Shown in pieces: positions 9,087 through 18,804 of a stretch of DNA of 64,000 nucleotides (its first letter is position 1; each line of letters starts with the position of its first letter). The stretch is taken from positions 2,976,001 through 3,040,000 of the forward strand of contig OZ242011.1 of assembly GCA_965204755.1 (NCBI GenBank), written 5' to 3'. A model generated the notes under the pieces. That model saw only the letters and a list, made by a program, of their open reading frames with translations, did no database searches and was not told where the DNA came from. This stretch comes from Candidatus Marinacidobacterium sp. (GTDB lineage: Bacteria; Acidobacteriota; Vicinamibacteria; Marinacidobacterales; Marinacidobacteraceae). The position numbers and the translations under genes were made by a program.

Positions 9087-10571
9087 ATGCCCGGACACCG
9101 CTCCCGCCGCCGCGCCCCGGTCCGACTGGCCGGATTCGCGGCCTTCGTCTTCGCCGCGATCGGCCCGGTCGTCGGGCCGGCAGCCGCCGCCCAACTCTCC
9201 TCGCGCGCGGTCGCCGACCGGGGCCCCCGGGCCTACGCCATCACCGGCGGCGCGGTGCATCTCGGCGACGGAACCGTCCTCGACGGCGCCGTCGTCGTCC
9301 TCGAAGACGGCCTGATCACCGCGGTGGGGCCGGACGCCGCCGCTCCTCCCGGCGCCTGGGAGATGGACGCGGCGGGGAAGCACCTCTACCCGGGCTTCAT
9401 CACCGCGCTCAGCGACCTCGGCCTCGCCGGCGGCGGGCCGGCCGCCGCCTCGGGGGCGCGGCCGTCCGGCGGGCCGGCGGCCGGCGATCCGCGTCCGGCG
9501 CGGGGCCCGGAAGACCGGCCGGCGACTTTCTCCTGGCGGCGCGCCGCCGACTCGGTGGCGGTGAGCGACGACCGCATCGCGGCCCGCCGCAGCCGCGGCT
9601 TCACCTCCGCGCTCTCCGTTCCCCGAAACGGCATCGTCTCCGGGCACGGCGCGTTCCTGAACCTGATCGAGACCGGGGGCGCGGACGCCCGCGACCTGGT
9701 GCTCTCCGAGGAGGCGGCGCTCATGATCCGGCTGGAGACGGCGAGTTTCCGGTCGTTTCCCGGCTCGCTGATGGGCGTGATCGCCTACCTCCGGCAGTTG
9801 TTCCTCGACGCCGCGCACTACGGCGCCGTTCGCGCCGCCTACGACGCCGACCCCGCCGGGCTGCCGCGGCCGCGATACGACCGGACGCTCGGCCCGCTCG
9901 CGGCCGCGGTCGCCGGCGAGCAGCCGGTGCTCCTTCCGGCGAACCTGGACAAGGAAGTGCGGCGCATGACGCTCCTGGCGGAGGAACTCGGCCTCCGCCC
10001 GGTGCTCTACGGCGGCCACGAAGCGGCCGACTCCGCTTCGTTCCTCGCCGAGCGCGGCGTCCCCATCCTGGTGAACCTGGACTGGCCGAAGGCCGACGCG
10101 GACGCCGATCCCGAAGCGCAGGTTCCGCTTCGCGACCTGCGCCTGCGGGATCGGGCGCCGGCCGCGCCGGCGGCTTTGGCGGCCGCGGGGGTCCGCTTCG
10201 CGTTCTACCGGCAGGCGGCGTCCCGAGGCGGGGGGCGCTCGGGCGGGCCTCCCGGAGGGCGGCGCGGCGGCGGGGCGTCCGACGATCTCGCCGCGGTGCG
10301 GCAGGCGGTGGAACGCGGGCTCGATCCCGAAGCCGCGCTCACCGCCCTGACCCTCGCGCCGGCGGAGATCTTCGGCGTCGACGACCGGGTGGGGACGCTC
10401 GCTCCGGGGAAGATCGCCAACCTGGTGATCGCCGACGGCGACCTGTTCCGCGGGGAAGCCGCGATCTCCGCGGTCTTCGTGGACGGCGTGGTCCACCATC
10501 CGGAAACCGATTCGGACACCGGAGAAGAAACCGACTCCAACTCCGGGCACACCCCGGGAGACCCCACATGA
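9087..10571 (+). CDS. Exported amidohydrolase-family protein (metal ligands degenerate)
   Basis: Signal peptide; GKHLYPGFI, ALTLAPAEIFGVDDRVGTLAPGKIANLVI; HxH replaced by ALS. Confidence 0.8.
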   Translation: MPGHRSRRRAPVRLAGFAAFVFAAIGPVVGPAAAAQLSSRAVADRGPRAYAITGGAVHLGDGTVLDGAVVVLEDGLITAVGPDAAAPPGAWEMDAAGKHLYPGFITALSDLGLAGGGPAAASGARPSGGPAAGDPRPARGPEDRPATFSWRRAADSVAVSDDRIAARRSRGFTSALSVPRNGIVSGHGAFLNLIETGGADARDLVLSEEAALMIRLETASFRSFPGSLMGVIAYLRQLFLDAAHYGAVRAAYDADPAGLPRPRYDRTLGPLAAAVAGEQPVLLPANLDKEVRRMTLLAEELGLRPVLYGGHEAADSASFLAERGVPILVNLDWPKADADADPEAQVPLRDLRLRDRAPAAPAALAAAGVRFAFYRQAASRGGGRSGGPPGGRRGGGASDDLAAVRQAVERGLDPEAALTALTLAPAEIFGVDDRVGTLAPGKIANLVIADGDLFRGEAAISAVFVDGVVHHPETDSDTGEETDSNSGHTPGDPT

Positions 10572-12028
10572 GTTTCTCCATTCGCCGGAGGCCGGCCGCC
10601 GCGGGCGCGGTCCTCGCGTTCTCGCTCTGGGCGCCTTCCGGTTTCGTCTTCGCCCAGGACCTGGTCGTCCGCGGGGCGACCGTGCTCACCGTCACGAACG
10701 GCGTACTGGCGCCGGGAGCGATACGCATCGAAGACGGCCGCATCGCGGAAGTCGGCGCGTCGGTGGAAGTTCCCTCCGGCGTCGAAGTCATCGAAGCGGA
10801 CGGCATGTTCGTGATGCCGGGCATCGTGGACGCCCATTCGCACATCGCGGCGGAGTCCATCAACGAGGGCAGCGTCGCGGTTTCTTCCATGACCGGGACC
10901 GGCGATGTGGTGGACCCGTACGACATCGCCATCTACCGCGAGTTGGCCGGCGGCGTCACCACCTCGAACATCCTCCACGGGAGCGCGAACCCGATCGGCG
11001 GGTTGAATGTGGTGATCAAACACCGCTGGGGCGAAGACGCCGAGGGGCTGGTGTTCGAGGCGGCGCCCCCGGGAATCAAGTTCGCGCTCGGTGAAAACCC
11101 GAAGCGGTCGCGCGGGACGCCTCCGGGAGTGGAGCGGCGCTATCCGGCCACCCGGATGGGCGTCGTGGATGTGATCCGCCAGGCGTTCGTCGAAGCCCGC
11201 GCCTATCGGCAGGCGTTTCGCGACTACGAAGCCGCGAAGGCGGCGGGCCGGCCGGCGCTCCCGCCGCGCCGCGACCTGAAACTCGAACCGCTGGTGGAGA
11301 TCCTGGAGGGCGAGCGGTTGGTGCACGCCCACTGCTACCGGCAGGACGAGATCCTGCAGTTGCTGCGCGTGGCCGAGGAGTTCGATTTCCGCATCGCCAC
11401 CCTGCAGCATGTGCTCGAGGGCTACAAGGTCGCCGACGAAATCGCGGAGCACGGCGCCGGCGCCTCCACTTTCTCCGACTGGTGGGCCTACAAGGTGGAG
11501 GCCTACGACGCCATTCCCCACAACGCGGCGCTCATGGCCGAGCGCGGCGTGCTGGTCTCCATCAACTCGGACAGCGCCGAAGAGGCGCGCCACCTGAACC
11601 AGGAAGCCGCGAAGACGGTGAAGTGGGGAGGAATGACCGAGGAGCAGGCGCTCGCCACGATCACGATCAACGCGGCGATCCATCTCGGGATCGGCGACCG
11701 GGTCGGCTCCATCGAAGTCGGCAAGGACGCCGACCTGGCGGTGTTCGACCGCCACCCGCTCAGCACCTTCGCGGTGAACCGGTTCACCGTGGTGGACGGC
11801 GAAGTGCTGTTCAGCATGGAGCGCGACCGGGAGATGCGCGAAGCGATGACCGCCGAGCGCGCGGCCCTGGAAGCGAAGTTCGAGGCCGAGTCGGAGAGCG
11901 CCGCGTCGTCGGGCGGCCGCCGCGCCGGCGGGCCGCCGGGTCGGCGCGGGCCGGGCGCCCCGCCGGACGGGAAGTCGGACGGGAAGTCGGACGGGAAGTC
12001 GGACGGGACGAGGGGAGTCCGGCGATGA
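10568..12028 (+). CDS. Exported amidohydrolase-family protein (intact metal site)
   Basis: MPGIVDAHSH, KFALGENPK, VHAHCYR, QHVLEGY, INSDS, GSIEVGKDAD; ATGA overlaps on both sides. Confidence 0.9.
   Translation: MSFSIRRRPAAAGAVLAFSLWAPSGFVFAQDLVVRGATVLTVTNGVLAPGAIRIEDGRIAEVGASVEVPSGVEVIEADGMFVMPGIVDAHSHIAAESINEGSVAVSSMTGTGDVVDPYDIAIYRELAGGVTTSNILHGSANPIGGLNVVIKHRWGEDAEGLVFEAAPPGIKFALGENPKRSRGTPPGVERRYPATRMGVVDVIRQAFVEARAYRQAFRDYEAAKAAGRPALPPRRDLKLEPLVEILEGERLVHAHCYRQDEILQLLRVAEEFDFRIATLQHVLEGYKVADEIAEHGAGASTFSDWWAYKVEAYDAIPHNAALMAERGVLVSINSDSAEEARHLNQEAAKTVKWGGMTEEQALATITINAAIHLGIGDRVGSIEVGKDADLAVFDRHPLSTFAVNRFTVVDGEVLFSMERDREMREAMTAERAALEAKFEAESESAASSGGRRAGGPPGRRGPGAPPDGKSDGKSDGKSDGTRGVRR
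11964..12008 (+). repeat. 12-bp tandem repeat CGGACGGGAAGT x3.7 (DGKS repeats)
   Basis: Read directly in the 3' tail of the second amidohydrolase. Confidence 0.9.
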
Positions 12029-13383
12029 CCGCGTTTCCTCGAAGCGCCCGCTTCCTGCGGGCGGCGGCGGTGTCCTCCGCCGTGGTTTCGGCGGCGCTGC
12101 CGGCCGCCGCGTCCCGGGCGGCGCAACCCGCCGAGGACGAGACCTACCTCATCCGCGGCGCCACGATCCACACGATGGTCGAGGGGGATGACCCCATCGA
12201 GTCCGGCTCCATCCTCGTCCGCGCCGGGCGCATCGTGGAGATCGGCGAAGTCGCGCCGCCCGAAGGAGCGGTCGTGATCGAGGCCGACGGTCTCGAGGTG
12301 TATCCCGGAATGATGGACTCGGTGAGCCAACTCGGCCTCACCGAGATCGGCTCGGTGGCCGCCACCGTGGACACCACCGAACTCGGCGAGATGAACCCGC
12401 ACCTCCGCGCCGCGACGGCGATCCATCCGGCGAGCGAACACCTGCCGGTGGCCCGGGCGAACGGCATCACCCACGCGGTCGTGGCCCCCGGCGGCCTCGG
12501 CGGTTTCGGCGGCGGCGGCTCGGGCATCTCCGGGCAGGCCTCCATCGTCCACCTCGACGGCTGGACCGTCGAGGAGATGGGCATCGAGGTTTCCGCCGGC
12601 ATGGTGGTCCTCTGGCCCCGGCCCGCCACGCGCTCGCGCAACGCGACCACTTTCCGCATGGAGCGCCGCTCCTTCCGCGAGGCGAAGGAGGAATACGACC
12701 GCGCGGTGCGCGAACTCGGCGAAGTATTCGCCGCGGCCCGGCGTTACGCCTCGCTCGGGGAGCCCGGCCCCGGCGAGCGCGACATCCGCCTCGAAGCGCT
12801 CGGCCCGGTGCTGCGGGGGGAGACGCCGCTGCTGGTGCTGGCCCAGGGCGCCCGCGAAATCCGCGACGCCGTGGCCTTCGTCGAGGGAATCGAAGGCGCC
12901 CGCATGATGCTGCTCGGCGGCCGCGACGCCTGGAAGGAGAAGGAACTCCTGGCCGAAAAGAACATCCCGGTGATCCTCGGCCCCACCCAGAGCCTTCCGC
13001 CGGAGGAAGACGATCCCTACGACCGCGCCTTCACCACCCCCGGCGAACTCCACGCGGCGGGAGTCACCGTGGCCTTCGCCACCTTCGGCTCCTCCAACTC
13101 CCGCCTCCTCCCCTACGAAGCCGGCCACTCCGTCGGGTACGGGATGCCCCGCGCGGAAGCCATGCGCGCCATCACCGCCGTGCCGGCGGAACTCTTCGGC
13201 CTCTCGGAGGACCTCGGCACCATCGAGGAAGGCAAGGTCGCCAACCTGATCGTCGTCACCGGCGACCCCCTGGAAATCCGCACCGAGGTCCGCGAAGTCT
13301 TCGTGAACGGCGTCCCGGTCTCCCTGGACAACCGCCACCGGTCCCTCTACGAGAAGTACCGCTCCCGCCCCGCGCGGCGGTGA
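12025..13383 (+). CDS. Exported amidohydrolase-family protein (metal ligands degenerate)
   Basis: ATG overlapping the previous stop; signal peptide; YPGMMDSVSQLGLTEI, GTIEEGKVANLIV; no HxH. Confidence 0.85.
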   Translation: MTAFPRSARFLRAAAVSSAVVSAALPAAASRAAQPAEDETYLIRGATIHTMVEGDDPIESGSILVRAGRIVEIGEVAPPEGAVVIEADGLEVYPGMMDSVSQLGLTEIGSVAATVDTTELGEMNPHLRAATAIHPASEHLPVARANGITHAVVAPGGLGGFGGGGSGISGQASIVHLDGWTVEEMGIEVSAGMVVLWPRPATRSRNATTFRMERRSFREAKEEYDRAVRELGEVFAAARRYASLGEPGPGERDIRLEALGPVLRGETPLLVLAQGAREIRDAVAFVEGIEGARMMLLGGRDAWKEKELLAEKNIPVILGPTQSLPPEEDDPYDRAFTTPGELHAAGVTVAFATFGSSNSRLLPYEAGHSVGYGMPRAEAMRAITAVPAELFGLSEDLGTIEEGKVANLIVVTGDPLEIRTEVREVFVNGVPVSLDNRHRSLYEKYRSRPARR

Positions 13384-13388
13384 CCCCG

Positions 13389-13422
13389 GCCCCGGCGCGG
13401 CCGTTCGCGGCCGCGCCGGGGC
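13389..13422. terminator. Perfect 15-bp hairpin, likely bidirectional terminator at the island's left border
   Basis: GCCCCGGCGCGGCCG-TTCG-CGGCCGCGCCGGGGC between convergent stops 13383 and 13433. Confidence 0.7.
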
Positions 13423-13432
13423 GGCCGACGGG

Positions 13433-14401
13433 TCAGTCCAGCGTCGAGATCCGCTTGCGGAAGATCTCGTACAGCAGGTTCAGCCTCTCAGTGAGCCACT
13501 GGTAGCCGGCTTCGCGTTGACCCTCGTCCTGCCAGTTCGGATCCTGAGTCCTGCAATAGATCTTGCGCTGGATCGTGTCCGTGTTCGTGTCCCACACGAG
13601 ACCGTCATCACCGAACTGTTCGCCGAACTGCGCGTCGATCTCTGCGCGCTGCCGTTCGAGTGCCCTGAACCGCTCCCCAGCTCTGTCCCCAAAGAGCACG
13701 AATTCGCTGCGCAACTCAGGCGGATCATCTGCCCACGAACTCGCCGCAATCGCCTGAAGCCCGAAGCCGTCCTTGCCGATGGCCAAGGTCATCGAAGACG
13801 CAGCTTGCGGAGCGGTGGGACGAAATCTCGCCTTGTGCCTCTTGGCGTAGTCGACGAAGCCTCGCCAGAATTCAAGTTGGGCCATCTTCACCGGTGGCAA
13901 CTCAATGGGCCGGTTCTTCGTCCAGTCGTTCGGCTTAGCCACGATGTTGAACTTCGGAGCGGGAAGCGAGTCGTCGATTCTCCAGACCTCGATCTCAAGT
14001 CCGAAGAAGCGAATGTTCTCTCGTGTGTTCTCGTTCAGCCAGTCGAGTGCTGCCCGATGTTCGTCAGTGAACCGCTTGGCGATCCAGATCACCTTGAGCG
14101 CGTTGAGCCCTGCCGCGTAGGTCAGGATCTGACCGAGATGGCTGTGATCGGTCCTTTCGAGTTGGTTCTCGATGACGACTCTGCTGCTGTCCGCCGTATC
14201 GAAGGCGAGGATGTCGGCGGCGTAGTCTCCGACGCCTACCTCGGCGCCTTCCAACTTCAGTTTCATTCCCAAGACCTCGCCGAGGAATTGCAGGTTCTCG
14301 TCTTTCGCCAGCCACGGAGTGAAGTCACCGGCCTCATGTTTCCACACTTCCCGTTCCTCCACGCGGGACAGGCGAGAAAGGGGTTCGATAGACAGACTCA
14401 T
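13433..14401 (-). CDS. DUF4268 protein with N-terminal PD-(D/E)XK-like (NucS-like) nuclease domain
   Basis: REVWKHEAGDFTPWL, ADILA..VIENQLERTDHSHLGQILTYAAG, PAPKFNIVAKPNDW, QLEFW. Confidence 0.8.
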   Translation of the reverse strand: MSLSIEPLSRLSRVEEREVWKHEAGDFTPWLAKDENLQFLGEVLGMKLKLEGAEVGVGDYAADILAFDTADSSRVVIENQLERTDHSHLGQILTYAAGLNALKVIWIAKRFTDEHRAALDWLNENTRENIRFFGLEIEVWRIDDSLPAPKFNIVAKPNDWTKNRPIELPPVKMAQLEFWRGFVDYAKRHKARFRPTAPQAASSMTLAIGKDGFGLQAIAASSWADDPPELRSEFVLFGDRAGERFRALERQRAEIDAQFGEQFGDDGLVWDTNTDTIQRKIYCRTQDPNWQDEGQREAGYQWLTERLNLLYEIFRKRISTLD

Positions 14402-14727
14402 GGCTTGGGCGGAACGGGCTCCGGGCGACCGAAGCCTATCATGAACGGCGCCAAGTCGGCATCATGGTGCGGCTGACGCTTTCGGGAACACCGATTCCCG
14501 TCACGGCGCGAGTGGCCGGCTATCGCTCGGCACTTGCCCGGTCCGGCGAGGTGCAGTGCGCGAGGCCGCCGTGGCCACGACGGCCGAAGTTCGGCGCAAC
14601 CCTCGGTCGCCGTGGACCCCGGCCTCGCCCAGCCGGCTGCGCCCACACCTGCAAGAATTCACCACGCACGGCGCGATATGGAATCCACACCCTCCACAAC
14701 TACTCTGAATCACAGACTCGGGAAGGA

Positions 14728-17700
14728 CTATTCGTGAACGAGGCCCGGCGGTCGCGTCTTCTTGCCGCCGTGCACAGTCGGTTCGGCGCACCACTTCTTC
14801 CGAAGAAGATCGAGAGGTTCCAGCACACTTTCCGGGAGTCGCAGGATTCGGAGGAGGACAGCCGCGTCCAGCGCCTTCCGGGTCGCGTCCCGGTACGCTT
14901 CATTGGCCGGAAGCAGCGGCCGCTTCGAGAACTTGCCGAAGATCGCGGACGCGATGCGGAGTTGTGGGGGATCCAGGGTTCGAACATCGAGAACGGGAAG
15001 GTCCTTGAGCCCCATGCCGGTCAGGCGGGCTCGTCCGCTCTGCTGCCTGCTGCCCTTCCACCAGAACAGCAGGAGGCCGAGAGTCGTGTTCGCCCAGAGC
15101 AGAAGCGCTTTCTCGTGAGCGGACTCGTGCGCGGTAATCGTCGGCCAGGCGGTCCCGCCCATCGTCCTCTCGTCCGTCCAGCACGCGGCGAGGGGCTGTG
15201 AGTTCAGTCGGAAGTCCAGATTGAAGTGCAGGTGGGAGGCGGACCCCCAGGCGGCCGCGGCCTTGTCCTCCATTCCGGGGCGGACTTCACCGCGGCTGTC
15301 CGGAGCGACCGTGAGTTGTTGCTCCTGCTGGGCGTCATGACGCCAGAGCATCGGATAGGTCGGATAGTCGCCGACCGAGGTCGGAGCGACATCGAAAGGC
15401 CCGCGGTAAGTGCCGTCCGAGTTCAGACCGCTTATGTCGCGATGCACCGGCCCCTTCCTGCCGATCTCCGCGAGAGCCGCGGTCGGCACGGTGATGTCTC
15501 CCCGTGTCCCGGGAAGAGCCAGCGTCCCCGCCTCCAGCGCCAGCGCCGTCTTGGCCACGGACAGGTCGCCGACGGAGGCGCAGCCTCCCGCCCTTACCGG
15601 AGCGCGAATCGTTCCGGCGATTACCTCCGACCCCGATCGTATCGTCTCCGGTCGGCGCTCCGACACCGTGGCGAGTCGGATCTGCCGGGCGGTCTCCTCG
15701 GCGCCCATTTCCGTTCGGGGCCTCTCGCGCAGCCCGACCCAGTCGGCAGAGGTTCGTACATCCGTGTAGACATCCCGATCGGAATCGCTCATCTGTCTCT
15801 TGCGGGCGATCACCAACACTTCCGCCATCCCGGTGTCCGCGGAGAAGGACTGCTCGTCGGGACGCCCGCGGGAGATCGTGACGAAGACGATGTCCTCGTA
15901 CCGCGTGTCGAGCAATCGGCGAGCATCGGCCCATGCGGCTCCGCTGACCATGACGAGCGGCATCACGAGGGCGAGCGCGCCCCCCGGCTTCAGTTTGAGG
16001 TGCGCGAGATCGAGAAAGTTGGAGGCCAAGCCCGCGTTCCCGTGCCCGACCGGCTCGTCGAGCCCGCTTCGTCTGCGGGCCAACAAGGCGGACATGCGCT
16101 GCTGCTCGTTCTTGCTGGTTTCGAACCCGGCGAACGACGGAACGGGAACATCGGCGACTTCATGATTCGTCGGGCGGGTGAACGGCGGATTCATGATGAC
16201 CAGATCCAGACTGCCGTGAGGGATGGAGAACTCCGAGAGATCACCGCCTCCGATCTCCGTGTCGGCCTCGGCCGCAGTGACTCGACGGATGCCTGTCGAG
16301 AAGAGGGAGATGCCGGATCTCTCGTCGAGGAGGTCCAAGGCGCCGATTCGGAAGGTCTGATCCCGGTCGATGTCCGTCAGGCCGTAGGGAAGCGTGTAAA
16401 CCCTCGTCTGCTCGAACAGCGTCGTCGGGTTTGCGCTGGCGAGTATCGAGGTCGTCAAGTGCGTGGCGGCCGGCATGATGTCCGTTGCGATCAGCGAATC
16501 TTCGATCATGGCCCGATGGAGGGCGCGGTCGTCGCCTCCCGCGCGCCGGTGGCGCCGGGCGACGGCGCGATATGCGGCGGTGAGCAGCGTGCCGGTGCCG
16601 CATGCGAAGTCCGCGATACGGAGGGACCGCAGGGTGTCGGGATTACGCCACTCGACCGATATCCTCCCCACTGCCAACTCCGCGAGGAGAGTGGCGGCCG
16701 CCGGACGGGTGTAGAAGGTCGCCAAGAACTTCCGATCGGTGATCAGTCTCTGGAACATGCGCCCCGAGAGATCGTGGGACCGGGCCACGCCGGAGTCTGC
16801 GATCTCTTCGGCGACGGACGCCAGCCGGCTGAGGATGTCTCCGGAAATTCCTTCGGGAATCGTCGAGAGGATCCGGGAGGCGACATGGAAGATCGGCCAG
16901 TAGTTGATGTCGTCGAGGATGCGGCGCCATTCCCGCAGGGTGAGCCTCTTCGAGATCAGGCCGCTCTCGCCCCGCAATCCCTCGATCCCCGGAACATCGC
17001 GGACACCGGCGATCATCGTCTGGAATGTGAGCGCGTTGGCGAGAATCGCCATGGCCATCCGCGTGGTCTGTTCGCCCGGGGTCTGGTGGAGCGACTCAGA
17101 AATGCCGTCGAGAACATCGGGGCGTCGCGCGCAGGCGCTTCGGAGTCGTTCTGCGGACTGCGATACACCCTCCTCGAGAACACCGAGCATTCTCGTGACG
17201 AGTCGCTCGGACAGGGCGCTCGACTCCACGAGATCAGCGAGGGAGTCCGCGTCGCCGTCGATCCAGCCCGCCCGCGGCCAGCGGACGGCGGTGTCCTCGG
17301 ACGACCAGAGGCAGTACTGGTACCGGGCGGTGGCGACCGCCTCGGGCAGCGCGTGTTGGCCGACTCGTCGGAGAGATTCAGGAACCCGGACCGCGATGGC
17401 GTGATCGATGGACCGGCCCGTAGCCAGGACTTTGGCGCCCAGCCGGGACTTGGCGTCCGCTTCGACGGTTCTGGCGGGCAGGAACTCGGTTTCCAGGACT
17501 ACGGGGCCGGCGCCGGGCTCATGGACAAGCACATCGGGACGCCTTCCACCGGGGAGGACTCCGATCGGTTCGGCTTGCAGCACATCGTCCTCGCGCCACC
17601 GGGGGTTTCTCGCCCGCATCGCGCCGGCGAGGGCGCTGTTGAAGGTGTGCTCGTCGTTCACGAAGAGCCCCCGGCCGTAAGTCGCAAATGTTCGGACGCG

Positions 17701-17730
17701 CGGCGTCTCCCGTAGTGACGCGACACCCAA
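14728..17730 (-). CDS. Type IIG-like fused restriction endonuclease / N6-adenine methyltransferase
   Basis: N-terminal RRPDVL..VVLETEF nuclease-like motif, FYTRP, motif I DFACGTGT, motif IV MNPPF, C-terminal TRD-like region; exact start uncertain. Confidence 0.8.
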   Translation of the reverse strand: MGVASLRETPRVRTFATYGRGLFVNDEHTFNSALAGAMRARNPRWREDDVLQAEPIGVLPGGRRPDVLVHEPGAGPVVLETEFLPARTVEADAKSRLGAKVLATGRSIDHAIAVRVPESLRRVGQHALPEAVATARYQYCLWSSEDTAVRWPRAGWIDGDADSLADLVESSALSERLVTRMLGVLEEGVSQSAERLRSACARRPDVLDGISESLHQTPGEQTTRMAMAILANALTFQTMIAGVRDVPGIEGLRGESGLISKRLTLREWRRILDDINYWPIFHVASRILSTIPEGISGDILSRLASVAEEIADSGVARSHDLSGRMFQRLITDRKFLATFYTRPAAATLLAELAVGRISVEWRNPDTLRSLRIADFACGTGTLLTAAYRAVARRHRRAGGDDRALHRAMIEDSLIATDIMPAATHLTTSILASANPTTLFEQTRVYTLPYGLTDIDRDQTFRIGALDLLDERSGISLFSTGIRRVTAAEADTEIGGGDLSEFSIPHGSLDLVIMNPPFTRPTNHEVADVPVPSFAGFETSKNEQQRMSALLARRRSGLDEPVGHGNAGLASNFLDLAHLKLKPGGALALVMPLVMVSGAAWADARRLLDTRYEDIVFVTISRGRPDEQSFSADTGMAEVLVIARKRQMSDSDRDVYTDVRTSADWVGLRERPRTEMGAEETARQIRLATVSERRPETIRSGSEVIAGTIRAPVRAGGCASVGDLSVAKTALALEAGTLALPGTRGDITVPTAALAEIGRKGPVHRDISGLNSDGTYRGPFDVAPTSVGDYPTYPMLWRHDAQQEQQLTVAPDSRGEVRPGMEDKAAAAWGSASHLHFNLDFRLNSQPLAACWTDERTMGGTAWPTITAHESAHEKALLLWANTTLGLLLFWWKGSRQQSGRARLTGMGLKDLPVLDVRTLDPPQLRIASAIFGKFSKRPLLPANEAYRDATRKALDAAVLLRILRLPESVLEPLDLLRKKWCAEPTVHGGKKTRPPGLVHE

Positions 17731-17829
17731 GGGTAATACTAGCGCCGACGCAGAGCAGTAGCGCCAGTGTGCCGGTCGGGAAACCGGGCGTCGGACGGAG
17801 CGGAATTCGGCCGTGGTTCCCTGTGGCGG

Positions 17830-18420
17830 CTACAAACGGGTGAGGGGTTCATGAGGTGGGAGCGAGCGCGCCGCCAGGGCGACATCGAGAGATGCGGCCA
17901 AGGCTGCCTCGCCGTTCTCGCGGAGTTGAGACGGCAACTCCGGGCGGGAGCGGGGGAGGGCGCCGGCGCGGGTGAGACAGGCGCGGGCTCGGTGCGAGAG
18001 CCAGATGAGGCGGTATTCGGCGGCCGCCTCCTCGTCCCCGATCTCCTGCATCCGGAGGAGGACTTTCCGAGCGGCGGCGGCGCGTTCGTCCGCGACTTCC
18101 GGGTCGGGCAGGGGAAGCCGGTGGCGCCAGCGCCGCGAGATGGCGCCCCAGTGTCCTTCACAGTCGAGCAAGGGGTGGCCGAACTGCACCGCCCCGATCA
18201 AGAGGTCGTTCGCGGAGCGAAGGGACGGCTCCACCCGGTCGAGCGCGACCTTGCGGAGGTCCACCTCGATCGGGGGTCGTTCGGCGATGGCGGATCGATC
18301 GCGGCAGATCGCCAGCAGGTCCAAGTCTTCCGACTCGACGCCGGGCCGCGTGGCGGAGCCGATGGCGATGACGGCGAGGAGGTTCGGGTCTCCCGCGGCG
18401 CGGTCGAGGAAGGCGCCCAC
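17830..18420 (-). CDS. Pol-beta superfamily minimal nucleotidyltransferase with helical (HEPN-like) C-terminus
   Basis: AVIAIGSATR..SEDLDLL (GS..DxD); protein-like sequence (WPTARSRRW) continues upstream in frame without a start codon, so the 5' end may be frameshifted. Confidence 0.6.
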   Translation of the reverse strand: MGAFLDRAAGDPNLLAVIAIGSATRPGVESEDLDLLAICRDRSAIAERPPIEVDLRKVALDRVEPSLRSANDLLIGAVQFGHPLLDCEGHWGAISRRWRHRLPLPDPEVADERAAAARKVLLRMQEIGDEEAAAEYRLIWLSHRARACLTRAGALPRSRPELPSQLRENGEAALAASLDVALAARSLPPHEPLTRL

Positions 18421-18547
18421 CCACCGGCGGGAGCGGGCGGTGGGCCAGCGGAGGATCGGCCGTTCGGTTGTTTTCCGTCGTCACCTCGGATCTACGAGCC
18501 CAAAGGCGGAGGCGACATGGTATTCGACAGCCGCGGCAACCTCGCAG

Positions 18548-18772
18548 TCAACGACGACACAGATACCGCCAAAGTCGCTGTCGCACGGACATCGTCTTCC
18601 GAATCTTCGACAAGAGATCACTCGGCGGCTCCACAATCCACTTGGAGTAGTCGACAGGGGGAACCATGTCTTTTGACGGGTCGCCTTTCCCGATTGCTCT
18701 TCTTCTCATCATCCGAACGAAGTTGTCGTTCTGCATCGCACTTAGACCTTGGACTGCCTTCTTTTGCGCCAT
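18548..18772 (-). CDS. Possible small hypothetical protein or gene remnant (74 aa)
   Basis: ATG-started ORF on the island strand in more AT-rich DNA; no recognisable motif. Confidence 0.25.
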   Translation of the reverse strand: MAQKKAVQGLSAMQNDNFVRMMRRRAIGKGDPSKDMVPPVDYSKWIVEPPSDLLSKIRKTMSVRQRLWRYLCRR

Positions 18773-18804
18773 CGGTCTCGCAATACAACCGAAGCGACAT
18801 CATT

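Noticed and set aside
7509-10550. 1013-aa ORF on the - strand
   Set aside because: Off-frame or antisense to metG and the amidohydrolase; no domain signal
14402-14727. Long spacer as a possible ncRNA or att site
   Set aside because: No tRNA, riboswitch or repeat recognised; only a possible extended -10 for DUF4268. An Rfam scan would be needed
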